Shown here one piece after another: positions 1 to 12,335 of a DNA stretch of 64,000 nucleotides. How positions within the stretch are numbered: the stretch's first letter is position 1; each line of letters begins with the position of its first letter. Origin of the DNA: Carcharhinus longimanus (taxonomy: Eukaryota); assembly GCA_030264375.1 (NCBI GenBank), contig JASCQW010000119.1, forward strand, positions 39,674,130 through 39,738,129, in the 5' to 3' direction. Both the position numbers and the translations under genes were made by a program. A model generated the notes under the pieces. The model saw nothing but the letters and a program-made list of their open reading frames with translations, ran no database searches and was not told the DNA's origin.

Positions 1-185
1 AGTTTGCATGTTCTCCCTGTGTCTGCTTGGGTTTCCTCCAGGTGCTCTGGTTTCCTCCCACAGTCTGAAAGACGTGCTGATTAGGTGCATTGACCCGAAT
101 AGGTGCCAGAGTGTGGAAACTAGGGGAAGTTCACAGTAACCTCATTGCAGTGTTAATGTAAGCCTTATCTGTGAAAATAACCTTT
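1..185 (+). mobile_element. V-domain SINE, 5'-truncated by window edge, with alternative 3' tail
   Basis: V-domain core tttgcatgttctccctgtgtctgcttgggtttcctccaggtgctctggtttcctcccacagtc; tail ...tcacagtaacctcattgcagtgttaatgtaagcc, also seen at 29215-29330. Confidence 0.85.
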
Positions 186-312
186 TTTCACTTACTTGTT
201 TCTAGTATAACACCTTTTGTATTTATATGTAGAAGACTGCACATAATAAGAGGCATTGAACACGGGAAGGTGTGGGATGGGTTGGGTGTATTTTTCAGTG
301 TATTGTACAGTT

Positions 313-684
313 TTACTTGGAGTTGATGTACTTGGTCAGTGCCTTTGTCCCCTCTGACACAACATGCTTGGCCAGTTTCCCGGACAGCAGCAGATGCTTG
401 GCAGCCTGTACCTTCTGGGAGCTAATGATGCTGCACTTGTTGTATTGGGTCAGATGGGAAGTCTCACCTGTGATGTGCTCGAAGGTGTTATTCACGAACA
501 AGTTCATAAAGCTCATGGCTTGGGAGGAGATGCTGGTGTCCAGATGAACCTGCTTCATCACTTTGTAGATAGAGCAACTCTCCTTTCAGGACCTCCCCCT
601 CTTTTTGCCACTCTTAATTGGCGGTTTCTTCTGGGCTTTCTTGCTGCCCTTCTTGGACATCTGTATTTTCTTTTCTTCAGACGT
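313..684 (-). pseudogene. Histone H2B pseudogene (orphon) in the JPH2 intron
   Basis: One frame reads (ACG)[72 protein letters not shown]. Start ATG>ACG at 684-682, in-frame TGA at 588-586, 2-codon deletion in the YIY motif, many R>H/C/Q changes. Confidence 0.93.
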
Positions 685-2827
685 GGTGCATGCAAACTGC
701 AGACACATTGGGTGGGTTATAAAAACTGTCACTTTTAATTGCTTAGAGCCAATAATGATGGAGAGCATAAAATGCACAGAGATTCATCGGGCTCCTATTT
801 CTGGAAAATCACATAGTGAGACATATTTTTCTTTTGGAACATTGAGGCACCTACGGCATTCAACGCTTTCCAATAAGGGCCTTCAGTTAGAGTATCAGAA
901 CAGTGCCAGCTGCATTGTACCAGTATTACCACAACAGGGCTTTGTGCAGAGAAATCCTCATTTGCTTGGGCAAATCTAACATCTTAAATGATTTGGCTAG
1001 GGCTTTACAAACCATGGCTTTAATTTACAGCAGTGTCCCTTGTCCACATTCACCAAGTTAAGAATCAAACTTATATTAACTGTATTGCATTGATTCAACA
1101 ATACCAACACCAGTTTGTACTCTCAGAGTAGGTTGAGCAATAGGTAATGGTAAGGAACTGGCAGGAGTTGGCCTTTGAGTATTTTTCTTATAATGTCTAC
1201 TATGTTTTTTGTTGAATATACAGATCCAGGCAGTCATTACAAGAAGCTCAGTGTTGTCTGGAGACATAGGAATATTTATTACCAATTTATTACTGATACT
1301 CCATAGGAAAATTTATTACCTATTCTTGAATAGATCCTGAAAGCCCCTGTGGAAGGAGTTAGGACAGTGGGCAGTTAGATTGAGAGTTTCTGTGTCTTAA
1401 TGTGCAGATGGACAAGATAAAATGTGATGCTTTATTTCATACGCTTGGAGATGAATGTTGTGTGTTGGAGGTATAACCCTTGTTGATTAAGCTGTTCATT
1501 GCACAGACTGGTGTTGTCATGCTTATCTTCCTTCAGTTGCTGCTACCTTTTCCTCCTCTCTCAACTTGGGCTATGGAGAGGATTTTGTGCCCCCTTTTGC
1601 CTTGTGTGTAAATGGTGATAGGGGTACCAAATATTTCATTGCGATTTGCGATGGCAGGACTTCTCAGATTGTCCCTGCCTCTACCAATGAAGGAAAAGGA
1701 TTCCCACTATGCAATGCTGGGAACCCCATTTGAATACATTATAATATAATTAGCGGGCATTCCCACAGCGATCTCCCCAACTCTGGAAAGTCTGCTTATT
1801 GTAGCATGACATCACATTGGCATGATTCACAACAGCTTTTTAAAGACGCAAAACTGGCAAACTCACTTCCATGGGCAGTTGGTTCCCATACCTTATCCAG
1901 TGTTATTTTTGAAGCAGATAAAACAAATTGCAGATCCACTGGAAGTGTAAATCAGCTTTGGGCTATAGTGGATCCGCTGCCTGTTTATGAACACCACATG
2001 GTTTTACTTTCCATTGCTTTATTCAGTCTTCTCATTTTTCCACATTCTAGTCTCTTTTATACATTTGTGTGCCTCATCAACTGAATTGAGATTAGGTTTT
2101 TGAAAGGCAGAGAAGAGAAACTGTAATCTATCACTCTGGCAGTTCGTTGTTGTACTACGGGATTGTTTTGCTCTTATAGACAGATGAGCTTTACTTTTTT
2201 GCTCTCATGGCCAGATGAGCTTCACTTAATGTGTAAATTGAAGCTCTAAAACTGTTCAAAATATATTGAAGGTGTTAATAAACATTTAACAAGATCCACT
2301 TTCTTTTAGATTTATTTATACTACACTCCTTGCTTACTGCTGGGACTCTCACACCTTTGGGTTTTAATAACACTTGACAAACTTTTGATTTAAAGGATCA
2401 TTTTTTGTCTTTGCACTCTTCTTAGCAGGGAGCCTCAGCGAACAAGAGCAGGTTGGAATTTTCATGGTGTACTCTGACTTTGAGGGTCTCTACCGGAAGT
2501 ACAACATTGAAAAGTTTTCTCCACATTGCCACTTTCTATTGAAGCATACCATGAAAAAGAGAAACATTAAAACAGCCTTCATCTCCATTTACACCATAAA
2601 AGCTATTTTTGTTTTATATAATGTTGGATGAAGCTTTTCATATTTAGTTCATGGTTTATGATTCCATTAAAGATGACTTTAAATCAACAGATTACGTTAT
2701 AATTTTCTCTTATCTTTCTATTTTGCTAATAACATTTATGTATGTTAGAAGAGATTAAAATTTAATTGGACGGTTACACTGTGTATATGAATATTGTAGC
2801 AATACTATTTTAAGAACGTTGCGCGAG

Positions 2828-3776
2828 GGAGGCACAGTGGCACAGTGGTTAGCCGGATTCAATTTCAACCTTAGGTCACTGTGTGGAGTTCGCATGCTCT
2901 CCCGTGACTGCATGTGTAGGTTTCCTCTGGGTGCTCAGGTTTCCTCCCACATTCCAGAGATGTGCAGGTTAGGTGGATTGGCCATGCTAAATTGTCCCTT
3001 AGTGTCCCAGAGTGTGTAGGTTAGGGGAATTAGTGGTTTAATACGTGGGGTTAAAGGGATAGAATTGGGACTGGGTAAGATGCCTGTCCGGCGGCGGAGA
3101 TACACATTGGAGGTCCCTCTACACAGAGATCCTCCCCACTATGTTGGGGACCTGGCAATTCTATACAACTGTAGGCACTGGTTCGCGGGCTCCCAAGACA
3201 CATGCCCTTTTTGCAATCTTGTGGAGTCCGTGGATCATGTCTATGTTACATGCTATAAAGTGCACTCCCTTTTCAGTTACCTAAAGAACCTTTTATTGAT
3301 GTTTTGTTTGCGTTTCAGTCCCATGCTCCTGATCTAAGGGCACCTGGTGCGGAGGGGGGCGGGAAAGGCGAAGGACCTCCTCGTGAACCTGCTCCTGATT
3401 CTCATCAAACTTGCCATCAACAGGTCCAGACTCAGGGCAACTGGGAAGTCGTCCAACCTGACGGTCTGTCCCTCTACCGCAGCTGCGTTTGTTGCCAGGT
3501 ATCCCTGGAAAGGAAACATGCGGTATCGGAATGCACTGTTGAGGCCTTCTGTGCTTGCTGGGTACCGCAGGGGCTGGGGTGTATTGACAACTCTTTTAAT
3601 CACATTGTAGTTTGATGTTTTTAAGTTTCCTTTCTACTTTGGTTTTTGTTTCAGGTGTTTCTTTCTTTTTAGGGGCTGCCCCTTTTAATTTGTCAGTTGA
3701 TTTGGTTTAGTTTGTTTAGTTAGTCAATAAGATTGACTGGATAAGATGCTCTGCTGGAGAGTTGGTGCAGATTTGG
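2828..3776 (+). mobile_element. V-SINE (HE1-like), split by a Tx1 insertion
   Basis: tRNA-like head ggcacagtggcacagtggttagc and V core at 2828-3090; the SINE resumes at 3735 (ataagatgctctgctggagagttggtgcaga). Confidence 0.85.
3090..3734 (+). mobile_element. Tx1-clade LINE, 5'-truncated 3' fragment (ORF2 zinc-finger region + 3' UTR)
   Basis: TCPFCNLVESVDHVYVTC (CCHC) followed by LFSYLKNLLLMFCLRFSPMLLI*G..DLLVNLLL.L.KLAINRSR; T-rich 3' UTR; flanked by a duplicated target. Confidence 0.8.
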
Positions 3777-4875
3777 ATTTACTGTGCATAACACTTAGAA
3801 GTTTTGTATAAACCTTTAAAAATGATATATAGAAAAGAGTAGTCATTTGAAATATAGAGATATGTAAAGTGAAACGCGTTGCCAAGAGCGTTCTGTACAT
3901 GCTTTGATTCAGCTTCATAACTAAAACTGTATCCTTAGGCTTGGTTTTACATTTCCCCATTGAAGGCAGGGTGGGGCTCATTATTTCCAGTGCGCTGCCT
4001 GTCCACTGCATAGCCATCCATCCTCGCCCCCATCACAATCTACTAGCAGGGGTGGTGGCATCATTGAACCAATTGAAACCCTGAAAAGAACAATTAATTC
4101 CCACTTAAAGGCCTCATCCGGCCACTGCCAGGACTTCACTCGTAGACCCATGCCAAGTGGCCGACCTGGCAGGTTCCCCTACATGGACTGGTGGTATGCA
4201 GGGGAGAATGCTCTGAAATGGGGTTATTGGATGGCACCCTTCTAAGTTTGTATCCTCACTGAGTTGCCCTTGCCCATTGGACTCTCAAGTCATAGCCTTC
4301 CTTAAACCTATTGTTACAGATTCCATGATTCTCACTGTGTTCTGTAATTTTAATTATTCTTTGGTTCCATTGTACTTTCCTTGATATGCATTAGGGTTAG
4401 GGTTAGATCTGAAATGTATTGCATTTGAAGATGCGCTAACCCCAAACTGGAATGGTGGTGAATTCTTGTGGTGCACAATGCCTCTTAACATTAGAAAGCC
4501 CAGGTGCATACTAGAAATTGAAAGCTATTATTAGCAAAATCTCAACTGTATATTCATCATTCAAGACAATAGCTGATTTACTTGGTGGCCTCACAATCAG
4601 TATTTGTCATCTCTGCATTTTTGGGTGAGGAATGCTGCATGTATTGGGTTTCATCTACAAAGTATAACTGGATGATATAAAAATGTATAATTCTACAGAA
4701 GAATGTGACACAATAGGATAAATGTAATGAACTTAACTCCAGTGTAAAACCATGCTTGAAACAAGTACAGATGAGAAAATCGAGAATGGAGTGCTGCATG
4801 CAGTCTTCCTGAACAGTCCCCCTTTGTGAGTGTAGCTCATTGTAGAAATTGTTGAATTCACCATCATGATATTAT

Positions 4876-4999
4876 GGCTGGAATTTTACTGCCTGCCACC
4901 AGGAATTGGAATGGGCGAGGGGCAGACAATGGGAAGGTCTGTTAACCTCAGGTGGAATTCTACAGTTTCAGGGTAAGTGAGGCTATAAAATCGTGCCCT
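4876..4999. mobile_element. Short MITE, GGGCNGRATTYT-type TIR family
   Basis: ggctggaattttac ... ataaaatcgtgccc. Confidence 0.6.
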
Positions 5000-5239
5000 G
5001 TAAGTCAGAGATGTAATACAGCAAAACAAACAAACATAATAGGGTTTGATAGGGAATCCTGACTAATGCAATCTTACCATATGGTTAAAGATTGTAGCAC
5101 ATTTCCCATTATTGTGAGAAACATGGCTCTGACATGGAAAAGGGTTGGGGCAATAAACCCAGGAATCTTGGGAATGCGGTTTGTTCAGCTGGCCTAATTG
5201 TCAATATTTTATCCAGTTTCCTGAGCAGTAACAGATCAG

Positions 5240-5930
5240 GGGGACGTTTTTCCTGCTCACATTTTGGGCGAGCTTAGTGGAATGAATTTACAGCACTCTG
5301 TGTATCACAGAGTTCGTCACTTGATTTACGCCAGTAGTGGTGGGGTGGGGGGAGGGTCAGGGGCAAGCCTAATTCTGCCCGAGAAGCCAGCATTGGATTT
5401 AATGTGGGGCTAGTGCACATGCACTGATCTTCCAGTATAATGGCAGTATAATTGGTTGACAAGTGTTTCCCCCATCCCCATCGCCAGCCTCTCTGTCTCT
5501 AGCCTCCCTGAATGCTGGCCTTCTGATGGCAGACTTAGCTCTGATTGCCGGTCCCAGACTCCCAATGACTGGATGTGCCCTCCCGATAGAGGCTCCCACC
5601 CCCAATTGTTGCCCCCGCTCTCCGATGGCTGGCTTCTGAGTGCTGGCCCCACCACCAGCCCCAACTCCCTATGCAGAGTTCCCCCCTTTCCTCCCCTCCT
5701 ACCTCCTCCCAACCCTGGTCTGGCTCCATCCCCATTTGGTCCTGCCCCCTCATGCCCCAGCCCATTGGCACTGCCTGGTGCCCAGTGGGCACTGACAATG
5801 TGCCAGGCTGGCATCGCCAGGCTGCCCAGTGGGCAGTGCCAGTCTGCCAGGTTGGCAGTGCCAGATTGGTACTATCTAAGCGGCCTCCCCTTTCCCCCCC
5901 ACCCTCCTGGGGGGCCTCAATGGCCACTTG
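5240..5930. mobile_element. GC-rich non-autonomous DNA transposon remnant (probably Harbinger-derived)
   Basis: Cluster of GGCAGTGCC/GGCACTGCC motifs at 5765-5865; shares structure with 26300-27330 and 32000-32611. Confidence 0.55.
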
Positions 5931-6420
5931 TCAGCCCAAGTCTGGATATTGTCCATGTCTTGTTGCATTTGAACATGGGATGCTTCAGTGTTTGGGGAGT
6001 CAGAATAGTGCAGAATATTAAACAATCATTGGTACACATTCCCACTTCTGACCTTATGATGGACGGAAGGTCATTGATGAAGCANNNNNNNNNNNNNNNN
6101 NNNNNNNNNNNNNNNNNNNNNNNNNNNNNNNNNNNNNNNNNNNNNNNNNNNNNNNNNNNNNNNNNNNNNNNNNNNNNNNNNNNNNNNNNNNNNNNNNNNN
6201 NNNNNNNNNNNNNNNNNNNNNNNNNNNNNNNNNNNNNNNNNNNNNNNGATTCCAGCAAGTGGAGAGTTTGCCCATTGAGAGTCATTGATTCCAGTTTTGC
6301 TAGGGCTCCTTGATGCCATACTCAGTCAAATGTGGCCTTAATGTCAAAGGCTATTTCTCTCACTTCACCTTTGGAATTCAGCACTTTTTTGTCCATATTT
6401 CAACCAAGGCTGTAATGAGG
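5930..6420 (-). mobile_element. CR1-type LINE reverse transcriptase fragment (spans a gap)
   Basis: Minus-strand CFINDLPSIIRSEVGMCTND (decayed FADD motif), and a DIKA.FD-like region at about 6320-6350. Confidence 0.8.
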
Positions 6421-8374
6421 ATGAATACAAGAATGCTTTTCCTGTTGTTGGTTCCCCTGCCACCTGCCGCAGAGCCAGTTATATCCTTCAGTCACATTGG
6501 CCCTGATACTTACTCAGGAGCAGGAAGAGGATGGTGGGGAGGGTTTTTTACATGTCCTGCAGAAATTAATCATAAGACGTCTTGTTTTCAATCGATTTCC
6601 TGACATTGATAGGCTGACTGCCTGTCACGGGTGGGGCCTGGAAATCACAAAGGAAATGGGATTCGAATATCATGATAGCTGAGTTTGGACGTTGCGAGCA
6701 AGAGGAGGATGGGGAATGGGAGCGGCTTGAGTTGGGGTTGACTGACTGTGGGGATCCGATTGCTTGTTGGGCCTGGGGAATCACTTCACAATCCCGATTC
6801 ACAGACATTGCAATTAGGGGACTTAATTCATGGATCTGACCCTTGTTGCCATCTTTTACCAATTGTTGTTTTTGAGGCCTGGAAATGCTAGCCCTTAAAT
6901 TGAAAATAACATTTTAGTTTTAGTGGAGGCACACAGCCTACTTCAAAAGATTTTAATGATTGATTCGCCCACCACCTGGAAGCAAATTTGTTGCCTTCCC
7001 CTTCCACTCATCTGTGAAAGAATGGACAAGGGTGGGGTGGAGGAGTGTTGGGCACAGATTTGCAATGTTAACTTCCCATCTGTCCTCCAACTCATCTTTC
7101 CTTGTGGGAAGATAAATATTGGTACTTTAGCCAATGCTTAAACCAAAATATTAAATGGCAGGACAGTGGGTGGAGTGCACCTGTCATCTGCCTATTGCTG
7201 CAGTGTCACCCATTTTGAGAGTTGGGCCAAATTTAGTTGAGCCACTCATTCTCCTTGTCTTCCTTAATCCTTTTAGTAATACATTGTGGAATTGCATCAT
7301 GTGTTCATTACCTCTCCCATTAACTTTGAAGCCTTAACTAATAGTCTGTAGCTTTCGCATGGCTCAATTTCAAAACATAGTTTAAAAAAATAAGGAAAAC
7401 AAGAAAAATGAGTAAGCAAGTGCCTCTAGTACAACTACAAAGTTATTGAGAAATTTCTATGGGTGCTGATTTACATCCTGCATAACTAATAAGTCCTGAT
7501 CTATTGAGTTTCCCCATGACCTTCCAAACTGTTATGAAAACTGGAACTGCTGTTTTCAAGAACACTGTTGCTTGTATAATTGCTCTGTCAATGTCTGGAA
7601 AAGCACTTGGCCATTCTGTCAGCAGTTGAAAATAATAAGCTGGCAAAATTCTTGTTGTAATTTTAAATTCTAAATTCTGCACACCCTCTCAGTGTTACAG
7701 CCATTACCACAGGAGCTAAATTAATTAGTGTAATCTGAGCAGTGCTTTGATTTTGTGATATTAAAGTTCATATCATAGAAAATGCTGTAGAGACTCTTCA
7801 GCAGCATGTAGACATAAATAGAAACAGGTCAGAACCCAGTGATAATACTAGTATGCAGTTTCCTGAATAACATTATCCAGTATTTTTGTAATCTGAAAAT
7901 TAAAGTTAACTATTGAACCTATTGAATGACCTATTTTAGAGTAAGTAAGGAATGCTCATGTACAAGTCTCAAAAATAATCTATAAGATAATTTTATGTTT
8001 AAATATTTAGGTAAAAATTAGCCTTGCGTGTATGATACAAATAAATATATCTCAAGATAGCATTGCTTAAGGGATCAAATGCAATCTTCAGGTGAAGCAG
8101 GATTGGAGGACATGAAATAATTGCACCAGAGCATGCAAACATAATTCAATTCCCCCCAATTTAAAACCAACATTCAGTCCTTAGTTTTGTATTTAAATTA
8201 TAAATTCTTATGTCCACATTTATACTTGAAGCTATTAATGTAAACATGTCACATTAATTATTCACTGATGGGATTGTGGTCATGAACATGGCTGAGGTCA
8301 GTTGGTGCTGTGGTGCAAATATTAATGTGTAAGCTTTGATTCATGTACATGAAAGTGCACGTCATTTCTGCTTT

Positions 8375-9480
8375 TTGATTTGATTTGATTGGATTTGATT
8401 TGTTATTGTCACATGTATTGGTATACAGTGAAAAGTATTGTTTCTTGTGCACTATAGAGACAAAGCATACCATTCATAAATAAGAAAAGGAGAGAGTGCA
8501 AAATGTAGTGTTACAATCATAGCTAGGGTGTAGAAAAAGATCAAGTTAATGAAAGGTAGGTCTATTCAAAAGTCTGATGGTAGCAGGGAAGAAAGTGTTC
8601 TTCAGTCAGTTAGTACGTGACCTCAGACTTTTGCATCTCTTTCCTGACAGAAGAAGGTGGAAGAGAGAATGTCAAGGGTGCGTGGGGTCCTTAATCATGC
8701 GGCCGCTTTTCCGAGACAGCAGGAAGTGTAGACAGTATCAATGAGTGGGAGGCTGGTTTAAATGATGGACTAGGTTTTGTTCACAACCTTTTGTAGTTTC
8801 TTGCTGTCTTGAATGGCGCAGGAACCATACCAAGCTGTGATACAACAAGAAAGAATGCTTTCTATGGTGCATTTGTAAAGGTTGGTGAGATTTGTGGTGG
8901 ACATACCAAATTTCATTAGGCTCCTGAGGAAGTAGAGGTGTTGGTGGGCTTTCTTAATTATAGTGTCAGCACGGGGACCAGGACAGATTGTGTGTGATCA
9001 CCTAAAAGCTTGAAGCTCTCAACCATTTCTACTTTGTCCCCATTGATGTAAACAGAGGCAGGTCCTCTACTATGCTTCCTGAAGTTGATGACTATTCCCT
9101 TCGTTTTGTTGACATTGAAGAAGAGATTGTTGTCTTCGCACCAATTCACCAGATTCTCAATCTCTTTCCTGTACTCTGTCTCGTTATTGTTTGAGAGCCA
9201 ACACACTATGGGTCATCAGCAAATTTGAAAATCGCATTGGGGAGGCACCTGGCCACATAGTCATATGTGTATAAGGAGTATAGTAAGGAGCTGAGGATGC
9301 AGCCTTATTGGGCACCGATGTAGAGAATGATTGTGGAGGAGATGTTGTTGCCTAACCTTTCTGATTGCGGTCTGTCAGTTAAGAAGTTTAAGATCCAATT
9401 GCAGATGGAGGAGCCAAGCCCCAGGCCATGTTTGGAGGTGAGTTTTGTAAGAATGATGGTGTTGAAGGTTGAACTGTAGT
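8375..9480 (-). mobile_element. Rex1/Babar-type LINE, 5'-truncated
   Basis: RT segments [31 protein letters not shown] and NNNETEYRKEIENLVNWCEDNNLFFNVNKTK.I.I.FRK; (TCAAA)n tail at about 8375-8400. Confidence 0.85.
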
Positions 9481-10314
9481 TATTACCGCCATTACCAGGT
9501 TTGACAGCCAATTCACCAGCTTCCTGCCATTCATCTGGCCTGCCAGTGGGAATGGCATCAGATAGATTTTACATGTCCTACCTACAAGCAGGGACATGGC
9601 ATGCTGGACCCCGAGAATCCAAGGGAGCACTACTAACCCCTGAGAAAAGAGGGGCATCCTCACTCCACACCACATAAGCATGAGGGTGAACCCAACCCAA
9701 CCCCTCATAGTCCCCCTTCCCATCAGCCCACTCACTCCTTCAGTCTCCCTCAGGCCACATACTTTGGTTGTGCCAACAGTGCACTGCTTCCTGGCACACT
9801 GACACAGACATCCTGAACCTGAGGGTACTCGAGGAGGTAGGTCTAGTGGCCATTTGCCCCTAAGCTGTTGCCATATTGCAGAGCAAAGGGCCCCTCAACG
9901 TTCCTCTGAGTTGGGTGGGCTTGTGTTCCGGGCAAAAAGCTGACCTCGCCATGCTCCACCGGGGTGGGGGTATTGTGGCTGGACAGCCTCTTCTAGCCCT
10001 GGCAGACCTCAAATCACCATGCCAGACATGACCTTCAGGCAGCTGTGTGATCAATGTCTGCATTGCTACTTCTCAGCTGTGAAAATTCTGACGTGCTCAC
10101 TTTAATCTCCATGCTCCCTGGCCTGGTCACCTGGCAGGATTTTAAATCATTGCAACACTCTATTCTGCAGCATATATCTCCCTGCCTTCCTATAAGGAAG
10201 GTGTAGGTGTGATCAGACTCCTTTTGAAGTCCTCTGATAGAGAGAGTACACCTCAAATATCCCATTGATCTTGACCACAATGTTGGCAGAATCTAAGCCT
10301 GACTGATAGCCTGT

Positions 10315-10468
10315 GGTTTCACTTCCTCTTTGAAGTTGCAGTGTGGTTGACTCTCAACTACCCTCTGAAATGGCCTAGCAAACCACTCAATTCAAGGGCA
10401 ACTAGAGATGGGCAACAAATGCTGGCCCTGCCAGCGATGCCATCGTCCCACAAATGATTAAAAAAAAG
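10315..10468 (+). mobile_element. CR1-related 3' end fragment
   Basis: ccctctgaaatggcctagcaaaccactc...agatgggcaacaaatgctggccctgccagcgatgcc...tgattaaaaaaaa; related tails at 38846-38892 and, inverted, at 49340-49420. Confidence 0.7.
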
Positions 10469-10489
10469 TTGTATTCGATGCTAAGCCAG

Positions 10490-11010
10490 GGTGTCAATGT
10501 CAGGGTCCTAGGGGGCAGTGCACTGTTGGCACTGTCAAGGCAAGTGGCCTGAAGGGAGATTGAGTAGGAGGTCTGAGGGGGGAGGTGGCCTTAGAAGCGA
10601 ATCTGACAGTGAAGGGAGCTGAGTTGGGGTTCTGAGGGGGAAGGGGGGAATGAGTGGGAGTTGGGCCACCTTTATGCCTGTCGGTGTGGGGAGTTGGGGC
10701 TACCTGTTTGTCAATTAAGGGAGAGGATGCTTCTCTTTGTTGAGAGGTTTGTGATGCTCCCCTCAGCGGAGAGGCCACCATTTTTTGGGTCAAGGGAGGG
10801 CTCTGACTGAGCACGGCGATCAGGTCACTCTTTCAAAATGGTGGCCCAGTCTCTGAACAGCAGGAATGGCCAGTGGGTCGCTTGAAATGAGTGCATAAGC
10901 ATTTTTCAGGTGAGCGAATCCCACCTGATCGCTGCCAATGGCAGCAGGAAATACTTCTGCTTTCCCACTGATGTGGGCACTTAGTCCTAAGTGGGAATAT
11001 CAGGCCCAAC
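10490..11010. mobile_element. Harbinger-like non-autonomous element remnant
   Basis: ggcagtgc/ggcactg motifs, caaaatggtggccc core and an end gggaatatcaggccc similar to the other GGGC-ended elements. Confidence 0.5.
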
Positions 11011-12149
11011 ATTACAGTTGCCAGCTGCTGCTAGGTGACCTGTAACCAACCTGTTCTATGTAGTAGCTCCGTCNNNNNNNNNNNNNNNNNNNNNNNNNNN
11101 NNNNNNNNNNNNNNNNNNNNNNNNNNNNNNNNNNNNNNNNNNNNNNNNNNNNNAATCTGAAACAGGAACCAACCTGCCTTGAACCTGTTTATATCCGATT
11201 CTAAGAGGGGCAGTGATAACTTGTGTCAATCATTTAAATCACCTAAGAAGGTCCCATGAGTTTACTCTAAGACATTTTTTATTTTTAACCCATGTGGGAA
11301 ACTTGGCTGGTAAAAGGAGGCAAGAAGGGTAGAAGCAATGCTTGTGGACCATGAAGAATAGGAATGCTTCTCTGGGCCCAAACTACCATCTAAACCCTTC
11401 TCGAAATAAACACTTTCTCCCCCACCTGTCATGATCAGACGTGCATCTACCCACCCCCACCCCCACCAACGTGACCTGTCTATAAATCCCTATGATTTCT
11501 CCCCATGACCACCCCCTTACGCCTCTCTCGACCACATATTTGCTCTTTCTTCCAACTGCCCTCTCACTCCTGTACCTCACTACTGGTACCCCAATGCTTT
11601 CCCAAACGTGAGCATCAATTTTCCCTTTTTCCCCAGTAAACCATTACCACCATGCTTCCCTCAATCATGTGGCAGCCTCGACCACATTCCCTGCCTGCTT
11701 CTTTACTAACACTGTGCTACAAACCTCTGCTTATAGGCTCCACCTGACAGGCAGCTAACCTATCAGTCAGCCTGGCTGTCAAGAGAAAAACTGAAGATAA
11801 TTCTTTAAAATATTCAGGAAATTTGTATTTTCGGGGTCATCTTTTATTGCTCCTCCCCACAGTTCAATAAATATAGAGATCCATATCCTCAATATTTCTG
11901 TTGTCACCTATTTTAAGGCTAGTCCAGAGATCATTTACAGTATTAAGCCAGACATGTATTAAGCAAGTAACTGATAGCCAACTCTTCCATCTCTTTTCCG
12001 ACTGAGTACCAGCTGCAATCTGGCATGACCGTTGTTAACACAAATGTGTTTTTCGAAGGAGATGAGGTGATTAATTGACATTTTGGCATGTTAGTTATGG
12101 CCACGAAAGCAGCCTTCCCTTTGTGTAAGAATGTTGTGAAACTAAGAGT

Positions 12150-12335
12150 CCAAAGAGCTGAGCACTAATCTAAGCTAACATTTCAATATAAGGGGACAGT
12201 TGAAATTGTTGCCTTTTGGATGAAACATTAAACCGATGCATTACTTGCCATGTCTGATGGACATTAAAGATCCCATGGCCCAATTTGAAGATGAGTAGGG
12301 GAGTTCTGAAATATTCCTGTCAGTACTTATTGTTA
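12150..12335 (+). mobile_element. Deu-domain SINE remnant (SacSINE1/AmnSINE-like)
   Basis: gccttttggatgaaacattaaaccga...tggacattaaagatcccatggc...tttgaagatgagtagggagttct resembles the Deu core. Confidence 0.65.

Noticed and set aside
200-312. Histone 3' stem-loop downstream of the H2B pseudogene
   Set aside because: Only a weak resemblance (aatgcctcttatt); no paired GGYYYTTYTNARRRCC hairpin.
5456-6313. 285-aa Pro-rich ORF
   Set aside because: Runs through a GC-rich transposon remnant, antisense CR1 and Ns; no recognisable protein.
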